From Coriobacteriia bacterium (GTDB lineage: Bacteria; Actinomycetota; Coriobacteriia; Anaerosomatales; Anaerosomataceae): 64,000 nt of DNA. The notes under the pieces are model-generated. The model was given only the letters and a program-made list of their open reading frames with translations. It had not been told where the DNA came from and searched no databases. The position numbers and the translations under genes were made by a program. The stretch is from assembly GCA_034368805.1 (NCBI GenBank), contig JAXMLJ010000044.1:76-64075 (forward strand), given 5' to 3'. Of the stretch, positions 46,563 through 57,856 are shown in pieces. The first letter of the stretch is position 1, and each line of letters begins with the position of its first letter.

Positions 46563-49093
46563 ATGTCGCTTGAGACCTACCGTGAGAAGCGCGACTTCTC
46601 GACGACGCCTGAGCCTGCCGGGAGAGACGCTGCCCCGGGCGGTCGGCTCTTCGTGATCCAGAAGCACGCCGCTTCACGCCTCCACTACGACTTCCGTCTT
46701 GAGCTCGACGGCGTGCTGCTGTCGTGGGCCGTCCCCAAGGGACCGTCGCTCGACCCGCGCGAACGCCATCTCGCGGTGCGCGTCGAGGACCACCCCTCGA
46801 GTACGGCAGCATCCATGGGACGATACCTAAGGGAGAGTACGGCGGCGGGACGGTCGCAGTCTGGGACACCGGCACATGGGAGCCCGAGAACGACCCGCAC
46901 GCCGGGCTTGCCCGCGGTGATCTCAAGTTCACACTCCACGGCGAGAAACTTCACGGCAGCTGGGTGCTCGTCCGGATGAAGCGTCGCAGCGAGGAGGAGG
47001 GCAAGGAGAACTGGCTGCTCATCAAGCACCGCGACGAACACGCGACGGACGGCGGCGGCTCGGCGATCCTGACCGAGCGCCCTGAGTCGATCATCACCGG
47101 CCGCACGATCGAACAGATCGCGGCGGACGCAACAGTCGGCACGGCCAGCCGGACGCGTGCGGCCGCTCCCCTCCCTGACCCCGCCACGCTCCCCGGCGCC
47201 AGAAAGGCCGCGCGCGCGCCGGGCTTCGTGAGACCCGAACTCGCGACGCTGGTGAAGGTCGCGCCCGAAGGTGACGGCTGGCTGCACGAGATCAAGTTCG
47301 ACGGCTACCGGGCGCTCGCCCGCGTTGATAGCGGGCGCGTGGAGATCCGCTCCCGTAACGACCGCGACTGGACCGAGCGCTGGGCACCCATCGCCGGGGA
47401 GCTGGCGGAGCTCCCTGTGGACTCGGCCATCCTCGACGGCGAGGTGGTCGTCGAACTCGAGGACGGCCGCACCGCCTTCGGCGAACTACAGCACGATCTC
47501 GGCAGCGGCAGGACCGACCGCCTGCGCTACTACGTGTTCGACCTGCTGCACCTCAACGGCTACGACCTCACGGGCGTCGCACTGACACGGCGCAAGTCGG
47601 CGCTCAGGGCCGTCCTCGAGGCGGGTCCACAGGATCGCGTGCGCTACGCGGAGGACATGTACGGGCAGGGAGCCGAGTTGCTCGCCAGCGCGTGCGATCA
47701 CGCACTCGAGGGCATCGTCAGCAAACGGGCGGACGCTCCGTACCGGCCGGGAGCCCGCGGCCCCGGCTGGGTGAAGACCAAGTGCCTGCTACGCCAGGAG
47801 TTCGTCATCGTCGGCTGGACCCCCCCGTCCGGCAGCCGGACCGGTTTTGGCGCCCTGCTGCTTGCGGTAGGCGACCCGGACGGCGGGCTACGCTACATCG
47901 GCAAGGTCGGTAGCGGGTTCAGCGACCGCTTCTTGCGTGAGTTCGGTGACCGGCTCCGGGAGATCGAGGTTCCCGAGCCGCCGGTCGCGCGCCACGCCGA
48001 GCGCGCGCCGAAAGACGCCCACTGGGCCACGCCGCGATTCGTGGGCGAGGTGTCCTTTGCCGAGTGGACCGCCGAGGGCAACCTCAGGCATCAGACTTTC
48101 CAGGGCCTGCGCGAGGACAAGTCGCCGGCCGACGTCGTGCTCGAGAACCCGGGCCGCGAGGCGGACCCCACGACACCCGCCGTGACGCTCACGCATCCCG
48201 ATCGCGTCTTCTGGCCGTCCGTCGGCACGACCAAGCAGGATCTCGCCGACTACTACGCATGGGTCGCGCCGTACATGCTGCCGTACGTGCTGGGCCGCCC
48301 CATCTCGATGGTTCGGTGTCCGGCAGGCGTCGGTGGGGCACGCGCGGGCCGGCCGATGGGTCGCGGACCGGTCGAGTGCTTCTTCCACAAGCACCCCGGG
48401 CCCGACTTCCCGGGCCCCTTCGAACGCGTCGAGATCGTCGAGTCGGTGGGGCCAGGCGCGTACCTGACGATCACCGAGCCGGCCAGTCTCGTCGCACTCG
48501 CTCAGATGGGCGTGCTCGAGATCCACACCTGGGGGGCGACCTGGCCCGAGATCGAGCGACCGGACACCATGGTGTTCGATCTCGACCCTTCCGATGAGGT
48601 CGGCTGGCCCGATCTCGTCGCCGGCGCCCGGCTCGTCCGCGACGTGCTCGGCGGACTCGGCCTGGAGAGCTTCGTCAAGACGACCGGCGGCAAAGGGCTG
48701 CATGTGTGCTTGCCGGTCGAGCCGACGCTGGACTGGGAGACCGCGAAGCGCTTCGCGAAAGCTGTCGCCGACGCGATCGCCACCTACGAGCCGGACCGCT
48801 ACGTCTCGACGATGTCGAAGGCCAAGCGTGTCGGGAAGGTGTACATCGACTACCTGCGCACGGCTCGCGCCGCGACGTTCATCGCGCCCTACTCCACCCG
48901 GGCGCGGACCCGGCCCGCCGTCTCGGTGCCGCTGCGCTGGGACGAGCTTGGCGGACGGGCACGACCCGACACGTATGACATCGGGAACGTTCGCAGACGC
49001 ATGGCGCAGCTTGCCCGCGACCCCTGGGACGGCTACTTCGACCTCCGGCAGCGCATCACTCCGAAGATGCTCCGGGAGATCGAGGCGGAGTAG
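46563..49093 (+). pseudogene. ligD: LigD (phosphoesterase-ligase-polymerase order), interrupted by a frameshift at the C-run 46793-46796
   Basis: ORF 46563..46979 encodes the PE N-terminus up to ..[13 protein letters not shown] 46724..49093, in the -1 frame, continues [20 protein letters not shown].. through the ligase (EIKFDGYR) and polymerase domains. The two frames meet at CACCCCTCGAG. Confidence 0.85.
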
Positions 49094-52000
49094 TCCCCGG
49101 GTACACCTGCGGCAGGTGCAGGAGGAACTCCGAGCCCGCCCCCACCTCGCTCACCACGGTGATCTCTCCGCCAAGCATCGCTGCGAACTCCCTGGAGATG
49201 GTGAGGCCGAGGCCCGTGCCGGGCGCGTAGCCGCCCGCGCCGGCTCCGACCTGGGTGAACGGCTCAAAGATGTCTCCCAGACGATCGGCCGGGATGCCCC
49301 GCCCCGTGTCGCTCACGCGGAACTCGATGCTGCCATCCCCTACCTGCATGGCCAGCCCGACGCGCCCCGAGTCCGTGAACTTCACCGCGTTGCCGGCGAG
49401 GTTCAGCAGGATCTGCTTCAGCTTGCCCGGGTCCGAAAGCATCGACACCCCGGCGCCCGACACCTCCGTGCTCAGGTCGAGGCCCTTCTCGGCGACCAGC
49501 GGCTGGAGCGCGGTCGCCACCGCGGCCATAGCCGCCGCCGGATCGAACTCGTCGAGGTGCACCTCGGTCCGCCCGGATTCGACCTTGGCCAGATCCAGGA
49601 CCTCGTCAACGAGTTCGAGGAGGTGTCTGCCCGAGGCGTGGATCATGCCGATCTGCGTCTGTTGCTCCTCGGACAGCGGGCCGACGAGTCCTTGCGCGAG
49701 CAGTCCCGAGAACCCGATGATGGAGTTGAGGGGCGTCCTGAGCTCGTGGCTCATGTTGGCCAGAAACGCGCTCTTGGCGCGAGTGGCCTCTTCAAGCGCC
49801 ACGTTCGCTCGCGTGAGCTCAGCGGTTCGCTCGGCGACCAGCTCCTCGAGATGGTCCCGGTGTCCCGCCAGCTCCTGCTCGGCCACCTTGCGGTCGGTGA
49901 TGTCGATCGCCACACCGTCCCATACGACGTGCCCGTTCTCGAGAAGTCTCGGCTCGGACGACAGGCGCGCCCACCGCTCGCGGCCGCTCGGCGTGCGATA
50001 GCTGACCTCCGCCATGAACGGCTCGAGCGCCTCGTGTGCGCGCTGCTCGAGCACATCGAGAAGCGCCCGATCCCCTTCTAGAGCCTGACCAGAGAGTACC
50101 TCGATGTCCTCGAGCGCCTCGGCGACCGAGGTCTCGAGCATCCTCTCCACGCCGGCGCTCACATGCACGAGGCGGCGGGTGCGCCCGTCGACATCGAAAT
50201 CGAGCTGATAGATGAAACCGTCGGGGATGTTGTCGCTCAGCGTCCTCAGGCGCGCCTCGCTCTCGCGCAACGCCTGCTCCGCGCGCCTTCTCTCCGTGAC
50301 ATCGCGAACGAACACGAGCGCGCCGTTGCTGCCTTCGTGGACGATCGGCACCCCGGAGGTCTCCACAGCCACACCGCTGCCGTCGGCACGAAGGAACACC
50401 GTGTCGCTCAGTCCCTGGCGCGATCGGTCTTCGTTGAGAGACCTCATCCGCTCTTGCGCAAGCGCCCGGCAGTCCGGATGGACGGAGTCGAGCACGGGGC
50501 GACCGATGAGGTCGTCGACCGAGGACTCGCCGAGCAGGTCGCGCATCGCGCCGTTGATGTACGCGAACCGCCCCCCGACCTGCACGAAGATGGCGTCGGG
50601 CGCTCCCTCGACCAGCGTACGGAACCGACGCTCACTCGCAGCAAGCGCCCTAGCTGCCGCACGCTCCTGTGTCTGGTCACGGAACACCAGGACGACACCC
50701 GTGATCTCGCCCGAACCATCGCGGATCGGGGCGGCGCTGTCGGCGATCGCCCGCGTCGCGCCGTCGTGAGCTACGAGAAGCGTGTGCCGGGGCAGACCCA
50801 CGATCGCATGCTCGAGCAGCACGCGAACCGCCGGACTCACCACCGGCGCGCCTGACTCTTCATCCACGATGACGAAGACGTCGTGGAGCGGTCTACCCCG
50901 CGCCTCGGAGAGCGACCAGCCCGTGAGCGTCTCGGCCACGGGGTTCATGAACACCACGGCGAGCAGCGAATCGGTGGAGATGACGGCGTCACCGACGCTC
51001 GTCAGCGTGACACCGAGCTGCTCCTCGGCGGCGCGGCGGGAGCGCTGCTCCGCCAGCAGTCCCTCAAGGTAGCGCGCGCGAAGACCCCGTTGGATGGCGA
51101 GGAAGCTGACCGCGATCGCACCGACGAGGACCAGCACGAACGCGACGATCAGCCGCGCGCGGGCCTCCCACGCGGCTAGTGCCTCGGTATGTTCGATCTC
51201 GGCGAGCATGAACCAGGGCGAGCCGGGGATCGGGACAACGTACGCAAGCACCTCGCGGCCGCCATAGCTGAGGCCCTCGATCGCCCCCTCTTCACCACCG
51301 AGCGCCCTGACCACCGTGATGCCGTCCTGGGCGAGCGGGATGCGCAGGGAACGGGCAGGTGAGGTGGAGTGCCGGGCCTGGTTCAAGACGAGCGCTCCAT
51401 CGCCCTCGCGTTCAACCAGTAGGATCTCGGCGGTCTCACTGTACGTCGGCCACGACTCCACGAGCGGATATAGGAAGTCCGCGGCGCTCGCGTGCAGCAC
51501 GATAGCGACGTTCGTCGTGCTGCCGTCCGAGCGAGACACGGCCATCGGGGTGATGACATCGATGCGGGCATCGGCATGCTCAGGCGTGACGTAGAGATCG
51601 CTCAGAACCGTGCGCTCCGCTCCGAATGCGGCGACCGCGCTCGCGGCGGTCTCGGCGGACAGTGCCGCCGGACCCTCGCCAGCACGCACGAGGACATTGC
51701 CCGCCTCATCGACGAGCAGCACGTCCCGATACCGGTCGCCGTACCTGAGCGATGCGAACAGGCGCCTGAGCGCATCTTCGTTTTCGGGAGTGGGCGACTC
51801 GAACCACCGCGTGAGGAACAGGGCGATACTCGGCGATTCGGACATCCGGTGGCCATCGAGCTGGCGGTCGGCCCGCCACTCGATGATCTGCTCGGCTTTG
51901 AGAGCCGCGATCGTCTCGAGTTCCCGCTCAGCCTGCCGCCGAAGCGCCGCTTCCTGGTCCCGGTACATCCAGGCACCGCCAACGAGAAGAGCGATGATCG

Positions 52001-52118
52001 CCACCGTGGCGAGGACCGCTGCCGCGCGCGTGAGCCGCATGCGCACCCACGGCTGACTCCCGGAAGTCGACGTGCCCGCGTCGCTGTCCGGCTTCGTGTG
52101 TCGGGCCTCGTCCGTCAC
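49056..52118 (-). CDS. Large sensor histidine kinase with TM, extracytoplasmic domain, TM, multiple PAS, HisKA and HATPase
   Basis: Two TM segments flank a domain of about 280 aa. Three to four PAS-like segments follow. H-box SHELRTPLNSIIGFS. Its 3' end overlaps the ligD 3' end by 38 nt. Confidence 0.88.
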   Translation of the reverse strand: MTDEARHTKPDSDAGTSTSGSQPWVRMRLTRAAAVLATVAIIALLVGGAWMYRDQEAALRRQAERELETIAALKAEQIIEWRADRQLDGHRMSESPSIALFLTRWFESPTPENEDALRRLFASLRYGDRYRDVLLVDEAGNVLVRAGEGPAALSAETAASAVAAFGAERTVLSDLYVTPEHADARIDVITPMAVSRSDGSTTNVAIVLHASAADFLYPLVESWPTYSETAEILLVEREGDGALVLNQARHSTSPARSLRIPLAQDGITVVRALGGEEGAIEGLSYGGREVLAYVVPIPGSPWFMLAEIEHTEALAAWEARARLIVAFVLVLVGAIAVSFLAIQRGLRARYLEGLLAEQRSRRAAEEQLGVTLTSVGDAVISTDSLLAVVFMNPVAETLTGWSLSEARGRPLHDVFVIVDEESGAPVVSPAVRVLLEHAIVGLPRHTLLVAHDGATRAIADSAAPIRDGSGEITGVVLVFRDQTQERAAARALAASERRFRTLVEGAPDAIFVQVGGRFAYINGAMRDLLGESSVDDLIGRPVLDSVHPDCRALAQERMRSLNEDRSRQGLSDTVFLRADGSGVAVETSGVPIVHEGSNGALVFVRDVTERRRAEQALRESEARLRTLSDNIPDGFIYQLDFDVDGRTRRLVHVSAGVERMLETSVAEALEDIEVLSGQALEGDRALLDVLEQRAHEALEPFMAEVSYRTPSGRERWARLSSEPRLLENGHVVWDGVAIDITDRKVAEQELAGHRDHLEELVAERTAELTRANVALEEATRAKSAFLANMSHELRTPLNSIIGFSGLLAQGLVGPLSEEQQTQIGMIHASGRHLLELVDEVLDLAKVESGRTEVHLDEFDPAAAMAAVATALQPLVAEKGLDLSTEVSGAGVSMLSDPGKLKQILLNLAGNAVKFTDSGRVGLAMQVGDGSIEFRVSDTGRGIPADRLGDIFEPFTQVGAGAGGYAPGTGLGLTISREFAAMLGGEITVVSEVGAGSEFLLHLPQVYPGTTPPRSPGASSE

Positions 52119-52338
52119 CAGTGCCTCGACTCTTCAAGCGGAGTTGCCGATAGGCGGCTCGCACTGTACTCCGAGCCGCAGTCCGAGAACAATCGACGGC
52201 GGAGAGGCCGCTCAACGAACGGTCGCTTCAATCGAACCCGCGCCGCGCCCGCTCCACCCCAAGCTGACTCATGGAGCACGCCGTGTCAAACACCGCGTGA
52301 CCGTCGCAGGACACGCGCTGCCAAGGTTCGAAGAATGT

Positions 52339-52360
52339 CGGCGCGCCCCTCAGCGCGCCG
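52339..52360 (-). terminator. GC hairpin overlapping the hutI stop codon (weak terminator candidate)
   Basis: CGGCGCGC (52339-52346) pairs with GCGCGCCG (52353-52360). The U-tract on the minus strand is only modest. Confidence 0.3.
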
Positions 52361-53531
52361 GGCACATGCGCACCCCGCGGCGCCACACCTCGGCGACCAC
52401 CCTGCCGGCCGGGCGATATGCAAGGTGGACGTGGTTGGGAGCGTCGAGTAGCACTATATCCGCGGCCGCTCCCGGCGTCAGTCGGCCGATGTCGTCGCGG
52501 CGCAGCGCGGCCGCGCCGCCGACGGTGGCGGCGCCGAGCGCCTCGGCGGGTGTCATGCCCATCTCCCTGACCGCGAGCGCGATCACCAGCGGCATCGAGG
52601 TCACGTACGACGAGCCCGGGTTGCAGTCGGTGGCAAGCGCAACGGTCACCCCGGCGTCGAGCAGCGTGCGCGCATCGGGATAGGGACCGCGCGTCGAGAA
52701 CTCCGCGCCGGGCAGGAGTGTTGCAACGACCTCCGAGTCACGCAGCGCATCGATATCCTCGCGGGTCAGGTACACGCAGTGATCGACGCTCGCCGCGGAG
52801 AACTCCACGGCCAGCCGCACGCCGGGTCCGTGCTCGAGCTGGTTGCCGTGCAGCCGCGTCATGAGTCCGGCGGCAGCTCCCGCCGAGAGCACCGCGCGTG
52901 TCTCTTCCTCGTCGAAGGCGCCGGTGTCGCAGAAGACGTCGATCCACCGCGCGAGCGGGGCGCACGCCTCGAGCATCTCGCCTGTGACGAGGGCGACGTA
53001 CGCCGCCCGATCGTCGGCGTACTCGGCGGGTACGACGTGCGCGCCAAGGAAGGTCGTCTCGGGGGTGAACTCGGCCGCGACCTCGAGCAGCTTCAGCTCG
53101 TCGGCAACGGTGAGTCCGTAGCCGCTCTTGATCTCGACCGTCGTCGTGCCGAGGAAAAGCGTCTCGTCGGCGAGCCGACGAGTGTGTGCGCGCAGTTCTT
53201 CAGCCGAAGCCGCCCGAGTCGCGGACACCGTCGTCATGATCCCGCCGCCGGTGTAGGGCTCACCGGCCGCACGCGCCGCAAACTCGGCGGAGCGCTCGCC
53301 CGCGAACACGAGGTGCGTGTGGCTGTCCACGAAGCCGGGCACGACCGCCCGGCCGGCGGCGTCCTCACGCTCATCGGCCGCAGGGGCCGCCCCCGCGGCG
53401 CCCACCCACGCGATCCGCTCGCCCTCGATGACGAGCGCGGCATCACGAACGATGCCGAGCGCGCTACCGTCGCCGAGCGAGGCGTCGCCCGTGACGAGTT
53501 CACCGATGCCGGTGATAAGCGTCGTCTTCAT
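52350..53531 (-). CDS. hutI: Imidazolonepropionase
   Basis: [26 protein letters not shown], and the hut context. ATG 53531 overlaps the hutU stop as ATGA. Confidence 0.92.
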   Translation of the reverse strand: MKTTLITGIGELVTGDASLGDGSALGIVRDAALVIEGERIAWVGAAGAAPAADEREDAAGRAVVPGFVDSHTHLVFAGERSAEFAARAAGEPYTGGGIMTTVSATRAASAEELRAHTRRLADETLFLGTTTVEIKSGYGLTVADELKLLEVAAEFTPETTFLGAHVVPAEYADDRAAYVALVTGEMLEACAPLARWIDVFCDTGAFDEEETRAVLSAGAAAGLMTRLHGNQLEHGPGVRLAVEFSAASVDHCVYLTREDIDALRDSEVVATLLPGAEFSTRGPYPDARTLLDAGVTVALATDCNPGSSYVTSMPLVIALAVREMGMTPAEALGAATVGGAAALRRDDIGRLTPGAAADIVLLDAPNHVHLAYRPAGRVVAEVWRRGVRMCPAR

Positions 53532-55192
53532 CGGTCGCCCTCCCGCATCGGGATGCGTACGCCGCGCTCCCCGGCCACCTCGAGTGCACGGTCGTAGCCG
53601 GCGTCCACGTGACGGATGATGCCCATGCCCGGATCGTTGGTGAGCACGCGAGCGAGCTTGGCCGCCGCCAGCGGGGTTCCATCGGCAACGCTCACCTGCC
53701 CGGCGTGGAGCGACCTGCCGATTCCTACTCCCCCACCATGGTGGAACGACACCCACGACGCGCCGGATGCCACGTTCACGAGCGCGTTCAAGACCGGCCA
53801 GTCGGCGATCGCGTCGCTTCCGTCGAGCATCGCCTCGGTCTCGCGGTACGGACTGGCCACGCTCCCGCAGTCGAGGTGGTCGCGGCCGATGACGATCGGT
53901 GCCTTCAGGCGACCGTCGGCCACCATCTCGTTGAAGCGGAGCCCCGCGCGGTCGCGCTCGCCGTGACCGAGCCAGCAGATGCGCGCGGGAAGCCCCTGGA
54001 AGGCGATCCTCTCGCGCGCGCGTCCGATCCAGCGGTGGAGCGCCGCGTTGTCCGGGAAGAGTTCGAGCACCGCGTCATCGGTGGCGTGTATGTCGGCGGG
54101 GTCACCGGAGAGCGCCGCCCAGCGAAACGGCCCTTTGCCCTCGCAGAACAGCGGCCTGATGTATGCGGGAACGAACCCGGGGAACTCCCAGCCGCGCGCG
54201 TACCCGCCGAGTTCGGCCTCGGCGCGAATGGAGTTGCCGTAGTCGAAGACCTCGGCGCCGGCCTCCATGAAGCCGACCATCGCCTCGACATGGGCGGCCA
54301 TCGACGTCCGCGCCCGGTCGATGAACTCCTCCGGCGCGCGCCGGGCGTACTCGTGCCACTCGGCCACACTCACGCCGAGCGGCAGATAGGCCAGCGGATC
54401 GTGCGCCGAGGTCTGGTCGGTCACGATGTCGACCTCGATGCCGCGACGCAGGATCTCCGGCAGAATCTCGGCACAGTTGCCTTCGAGGCCGACGGAGAGC
54501 GGACGGCCTGCCGCCTTCGCCGCAAGCACCCGCCCGAGCGCGTCGTCGAGATCGCCCGTCCACTCGTCGAGATAGCGGGTAGCGACACGCCGCTCCAGGC
54601 GGGACGCATCGACCTCGACCACGAGCACCACGCCGCCGTTCATCGTGACGGCGAGCGGCTGGGCACCGCCCATGCCGCCGCACCCGCCGGTCACCGTGAG
54701 CGTGCCAGCGAGTGTGCCGCCGAAGCGTTTCTCGGCGATGGCGGCGAACGTCTCGTACGTTCCCTGCACGATGCCCTGCGTGCCGATGTAGATCCACGAG
54801 CCCGCAGTCATCTGGCCGTACATCGTGAGACCGAGCTGCTCGAGCCGACGGAACTCCGGCCAGGTCGCCCAGTCGGGTACGAGGTTGCTGTTGGCGATGA
54901 GCACCCTCGGCGCCCACTCGTGCGTCTGCATCACGCCGACGGGCCTGCCCGACTGCACGAGCATCGTCTCGTCGGCCTTCAGGGTGCGCAGCGTGCGCAC
55001 GAGCGCATCGAAGCTCTTCCAGTCACGGGCCGCCTTGCCGGTGCCGCCGTAAACGACGAGCTCATCCGGGTGCTCTGCCACATCCGGATCGAGGTTGTTC
55101 ATCAGCATGCGCAGCGCGGCCTCCTGCTGCCAGCCCTGCGCGCTCAGGCCGGTGCCCCGCGGAGCGCGGACCGGACGGGCTCCGGTGCTCAT
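53528..55192 (-). CDS. hutU: Urocanate hydratase
   Basis: Full-length match to the urocanase pattern ([30 protein letters not shown]). Confidence 0.95.
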   Translation of the reverse strand: MSTGARPVRAPRGTGLSAQGWQQEAALRMLMNNLDPDVAEHPDELVVYGGTGKAARDWKSFDALVRTLRTLKADETMLVQSGRPVGVMQTHEWAPRVLIANSNLVPDWATWPEFRRLEQLGLTMYGQMTAGSWIYIGTQGIVQGTYETFAAIAEKRFGGTLAGTLTVTGGCGGMGGAQPLAVTMNGGVVLVVEVDASRLERRVATRYLDEWTGDLDDALGRVLAAKAAGRPLSVGLEGNCAEILPEILRRGIEVDIVTDQTSAHDPLAYLPLGVSVAEWHEYARRAPEEFIDRARTSMAAHVEAMVGFMEAGAEVFDYGNSIRAEAELGGYARGWEFPGFVPAYIRPLFCEGKGPFRWAALSGDPADIHATDDAVLELFPDNAALHRWIGRARERIAFQGLPARICWLGHGERDRAGLRFNEMVADGRLKAPIVIGRDHLDCGSVASPYRETEAMLDGSDAIADWPVLNALVNVASGASWVSFHHGGGVGIGRSLHAGQVSVADGTPLAAAKLARVLTNDPGMGIIRHVDAGYDRALEVAGERGVRIPMREGDR

Positions 55193-55229
55193 AGCGGCCC
55201 CCTCGTTCTCGAACCGGACAGTGCTGCGA

Positions 55230-56774
55230 TCATTCCAGCGACCCGACGACGCCTTCGACGCTCGCGATCAGGGAGCCGCCGCCGACCAGCGCACGGACCG
55301 CCTCGATCTCGGATGCAAGCTCACGGCCGGCGTCCACGTGCGTGAGACACGCATCGACCGCTGACTTCGCGGCCGCGGTACCCGCGCCGGGCTCGAGCGG
55401 GACGCGGAACCCGAGCGCGCGCGCCGCCACCAGCACCTCGATCGCCAGGACGATCTCGAGGCCTTCGACTGCCCGCAGGAGCTTGCGCGCCGCGTTCCAT
55501 CCCATCGACACGTGGTCCTCCTGCATCGCCGAAGACGGGATCGAGTCCACGCTCGACGGCGCGGCCAGTCGCTTGAGGTCGCTCACGATGCTGGCCTGCG
55601 TGTACTGCGCGATCATATGGCCCGAGTCCACGCCGGGGTCCTCGGCGAGAAACGGCGGCAACCCGCCCGAGCGCGACGTGTCGAGCATGCGGTCGGTGCG
55701 ACGCTCGGCGATCGAAGCCAGGTCCGCGACGACGATCGCGAGGAAGTCGAGCACGTAGGCCACCGGGGCTCCGTGGAAGTTGCCGTTGCTCTCGATCCGC
55801 CCGTCGGGCAGCACGACCGGGTTGTCGATCGCCGAGGCCATCTCGCGAAGCGCAACCGTCTCGGCATGGCCGAGCGTGTCGCGCACCGCGCCCGCGACCT
55901 GCGGTGCGCACCGGAGCGAGTACGCGTCTTGCACGCGCGCGTCGCCGGTGCGATGCGAGGCGGTGATCTGCGATCCCTCGAGCACCCGCATGAGGTTTCG
56001 TGCCGAGGCCGCCTGCCCCGGATGCGGTCTGAGCGCCTGCAGGTCGGCCGCGTACACGCGATCCGTGCCGAGAAGCGCCTCGACGGTCATCGCCGCGCCG
56101 ATATCAGCCACCTTGAGAAGCGCTCGCAGGTCCATTGCGGCCAAGACGAGCATGCCGAGCATGCCGTCGGTGCCGTTGATGAGCGCGAGACCCTCTTTGG
56201 CCTCGAGTTCGACCGGCTCCAGCCCGGCCGCGGCAAGCACGTCGGCGGCAGACGTTCGCGTGCCCGAGGAGTCCCGGACCTCGCCCCGGCCCATGAGCGC
56301 GAGCGCACAGTGAGCGAGCGGCGCCAGATCTCCCGAACAGCCGAGCGAGCCGTACTCGGGCACGCACGGCGTCACGTGCGCGTTGAGCAGCGCCGCGTAG
56401 GCCTGCGCCGTGCCGAGACGGATGCCCGTACGCCCGGTACACAGCGTGGACAGCCGCAGGAGCATCATCGCCCGAACGGCCTCGGTCTCGACCTCGGCAC
56501 CCGCCCCCGCCCCGGGGGAGGCTACGAGCGCGCGCTGCAGAGACCGGCGCCTGGCAGGCTCGATGTACTTCGTGGCGAGCGCGCCAAAGCCGGTGCTGAT
56601 CCCATAGACGGGTTGGCCTGAAGCCGCCAGGCGCTCGACGTGTGTGCGCGACTCCTCGATCGCCGCTTCTGCCTCGGCCGAGATCGTCACCATCACTCCC
56701 GAACGCGCGACCGCGACAACGTCTGCCATCGTCGGTGGACCCGTGCCGAGCATGACTGCCGGTGATTCCTCCAT
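55230..56774 (-). CDS. hutH: Histidine ammonia-lyase
   Basis: The [14 protein letters not shown] motif shows a Cys-Ser-Gly variant of the MIO-forming Ala-Ser-Gly triad. The start is uncertain: ATG 56774 has GAGAGG at 7-nt spacing, and the maximal ORF starts at 56810. Confidence 0.9.
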   Translation of the reverse strand: MEESPAVMLGTGPPTMADVVAVARSGVMVTISAEAEAAIEESRTHVERLAASGQPVYGISTGFGALATKYIEPARRRSLQRALVASPGAGAGAEVETEAVRAMMLLRLSTLCTGRTGIRLGTAQAYAALLNAHVTPCVPEYGSLGCSGDLAPLAHCALALMGRGEVRDSSGTRTSAADVLAAAGLEPVELEAKEGLALINGTDGMLGMLVLAAMDLRALLKVADIGAAMTVEALLGTDRVYAADLQALRPHPGQAASARNLMRVLEGSQITASHRTGDARVQDAYSLRCAPQVAGAVRDTLGHAETVALREMASAIDNPVVLPDGRIESNGNFHGAPVAYVLDFLAIVVADLASIAERRTDRMLDTSRSGGLPPFLAEDPGVDSGHMIAQYTQASIVSDLKRLAAPSSVDSIPSSAMQEDHVSMGWNAARKLLRAVEGLEIVLAIEVLVAARALGFRVPLEPGAGTAAAKSAVDACLTHVDAGRELASEIEAVRALVGGGSLIASVEGVVGSLE

Positions 56775-56925
56775 GCGCATGCCTCTCATCACTCGCGAAG
56801 TGTGGAACACTCACTAGCGGGTACGCCGCACTGCCCGGGCGATCGACGCGACCGCCCGACGGTCAGTATCTGCCCGATTCGCCGTGGCGGCACCCGCGAT
56901 AGCACGCGCAGGGAAGGTGAACGCG

Positions 56926-57843
56926 ATGGCCGGATCGAGCATGCCGCACGACCCGCACTGGCCGAGAGCGGCCGAATGGCTCGCCACCCCGGACGATTCG
57001 CGCACCGTCGAGGGCGACCTCGCCCTCCTCGGCGTGCCCGCGCACGAGACCTCGATCTCGCACACGGGGGCGCATGCGACGCCCGCCGCGGTCCGAGCGG
57101 CGCTCGCGCGCTACTCAATCTTCGCCGCGAGCGAGGACCTCGACCTCTCGGCTGTCCGCGCGGTCGATCTCGGCGACGTCGAGGGACCCGACGGACCGGA
57201 TGGCGAGGCCAGGGTCGCCGCCGCGGTAGCCGCGGTCGGCCCGCGGTTCCGGCTCGTGCTCGGCATCGGTGGCGACAACTCCATCACGTACTCGCTCATG
57301 CGCGGGCTTGCCGGCGATGCGCTCGCCGACTGGGGCCTCGTCACCGTGGATGCCCACCACGACCTGCGCGACGGCGTGTCCAACGGCTCTCCGGCCCGTC
57401 GCCTCGTCGAAGCGGGGCTGCCGGGTGCGCACATCGTGCAGATCGGCATCGCCGACTTTGCCAACTCGGCCTTCTACGCGAAGCGCGCGCGCGAGTACGG
57501 CATCATGGTCATCCCGCGGGGCGAGTTCCGCACGCGTCCGGTCACCGAGATCGCCGCCCGCGCACTCGAGGTCGCAGGGTCCGGCGGGCGCCCCGTCTTC
57601 GTCGATCTCGACGTGGACGTATGCGATCGCGCTGTGGTGCCCGCATGTCCCGCCTCGGCACCCGGCGGCATCTCGGCAGACGAGCTTCGCCAGCTCGCGC
57701 GCCTGTTCGCGCGCGACCCCCGCGTCCGTGGCCTCGACATCACCGAGGTGGACGCGACGGCCGATGCCGCCGACGGACGGACCGTGCGACTCGCCGCTCT
57801 TATCGTACTCGAGGTCGCGACGGGGCTCGCCGTGCGCGCCTGA
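56926..57843 (+). CDS. hutG: Formimidoylglutamase (arginase/ureohydrolase fold)
   Basis: GGDNSITY, DAHHDLRD and VDLDVDVCD are metal-binding motifs. It is divergent from hutH. ATG 56926 follows GAAGGTG. Confidence 0.85.
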   Translation: MAGSSMPHDPHWPRAAEWLATPDDSRTVEGDLALLGVPAHETSISHTGAHATPAAVRAALARYSIFAASEDLDLSAVRAVDLGDVEGPDGPDGEARVAAAVAAVGPRFRLVLGIGGDNSITYSLMRGLAGDALADWGLVTVDAHHDLRDGVSNGSPARRLVEAGLPGAHIVQIGIADFANSAFYAKRAREYGIMVIPRGEFRTRPVTEIAARALEVAGSGGRPVFVDLDVDVCDRAVVPACPASAPGGISADELRQLARLFARDPRVRGLDITEVDATADAADGRTVRLAALIVLEVATGLAVRA

Positions 57844-57856
57844 CCCGGACGGCAAC

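Noticed and set aside
46563-49093. Reading the two ligD ORFs as two separate genes, a stand-alone phosphoesterase plus a Lig-Pol protein.
   Set aside because: The break falls in the middle of the conserved VEDHPLEYG motif of the PE domain. The two frames overlap for about 250 nt, and a single base in a C-run restores one continuous LigD of typical length.
52200-52340. T-loop-like motifs (GGTTCGAA near 52326; GGTTCGATT on the minus strand near 52230) in the 231-nt gap after hutI, raising the idea of a tRNA or tRNA-like RNA.
   Set aside because: The flanking bases do not form a T-stem, acceptor stem or anticodon arm, so no cloverleaf can be drawn.
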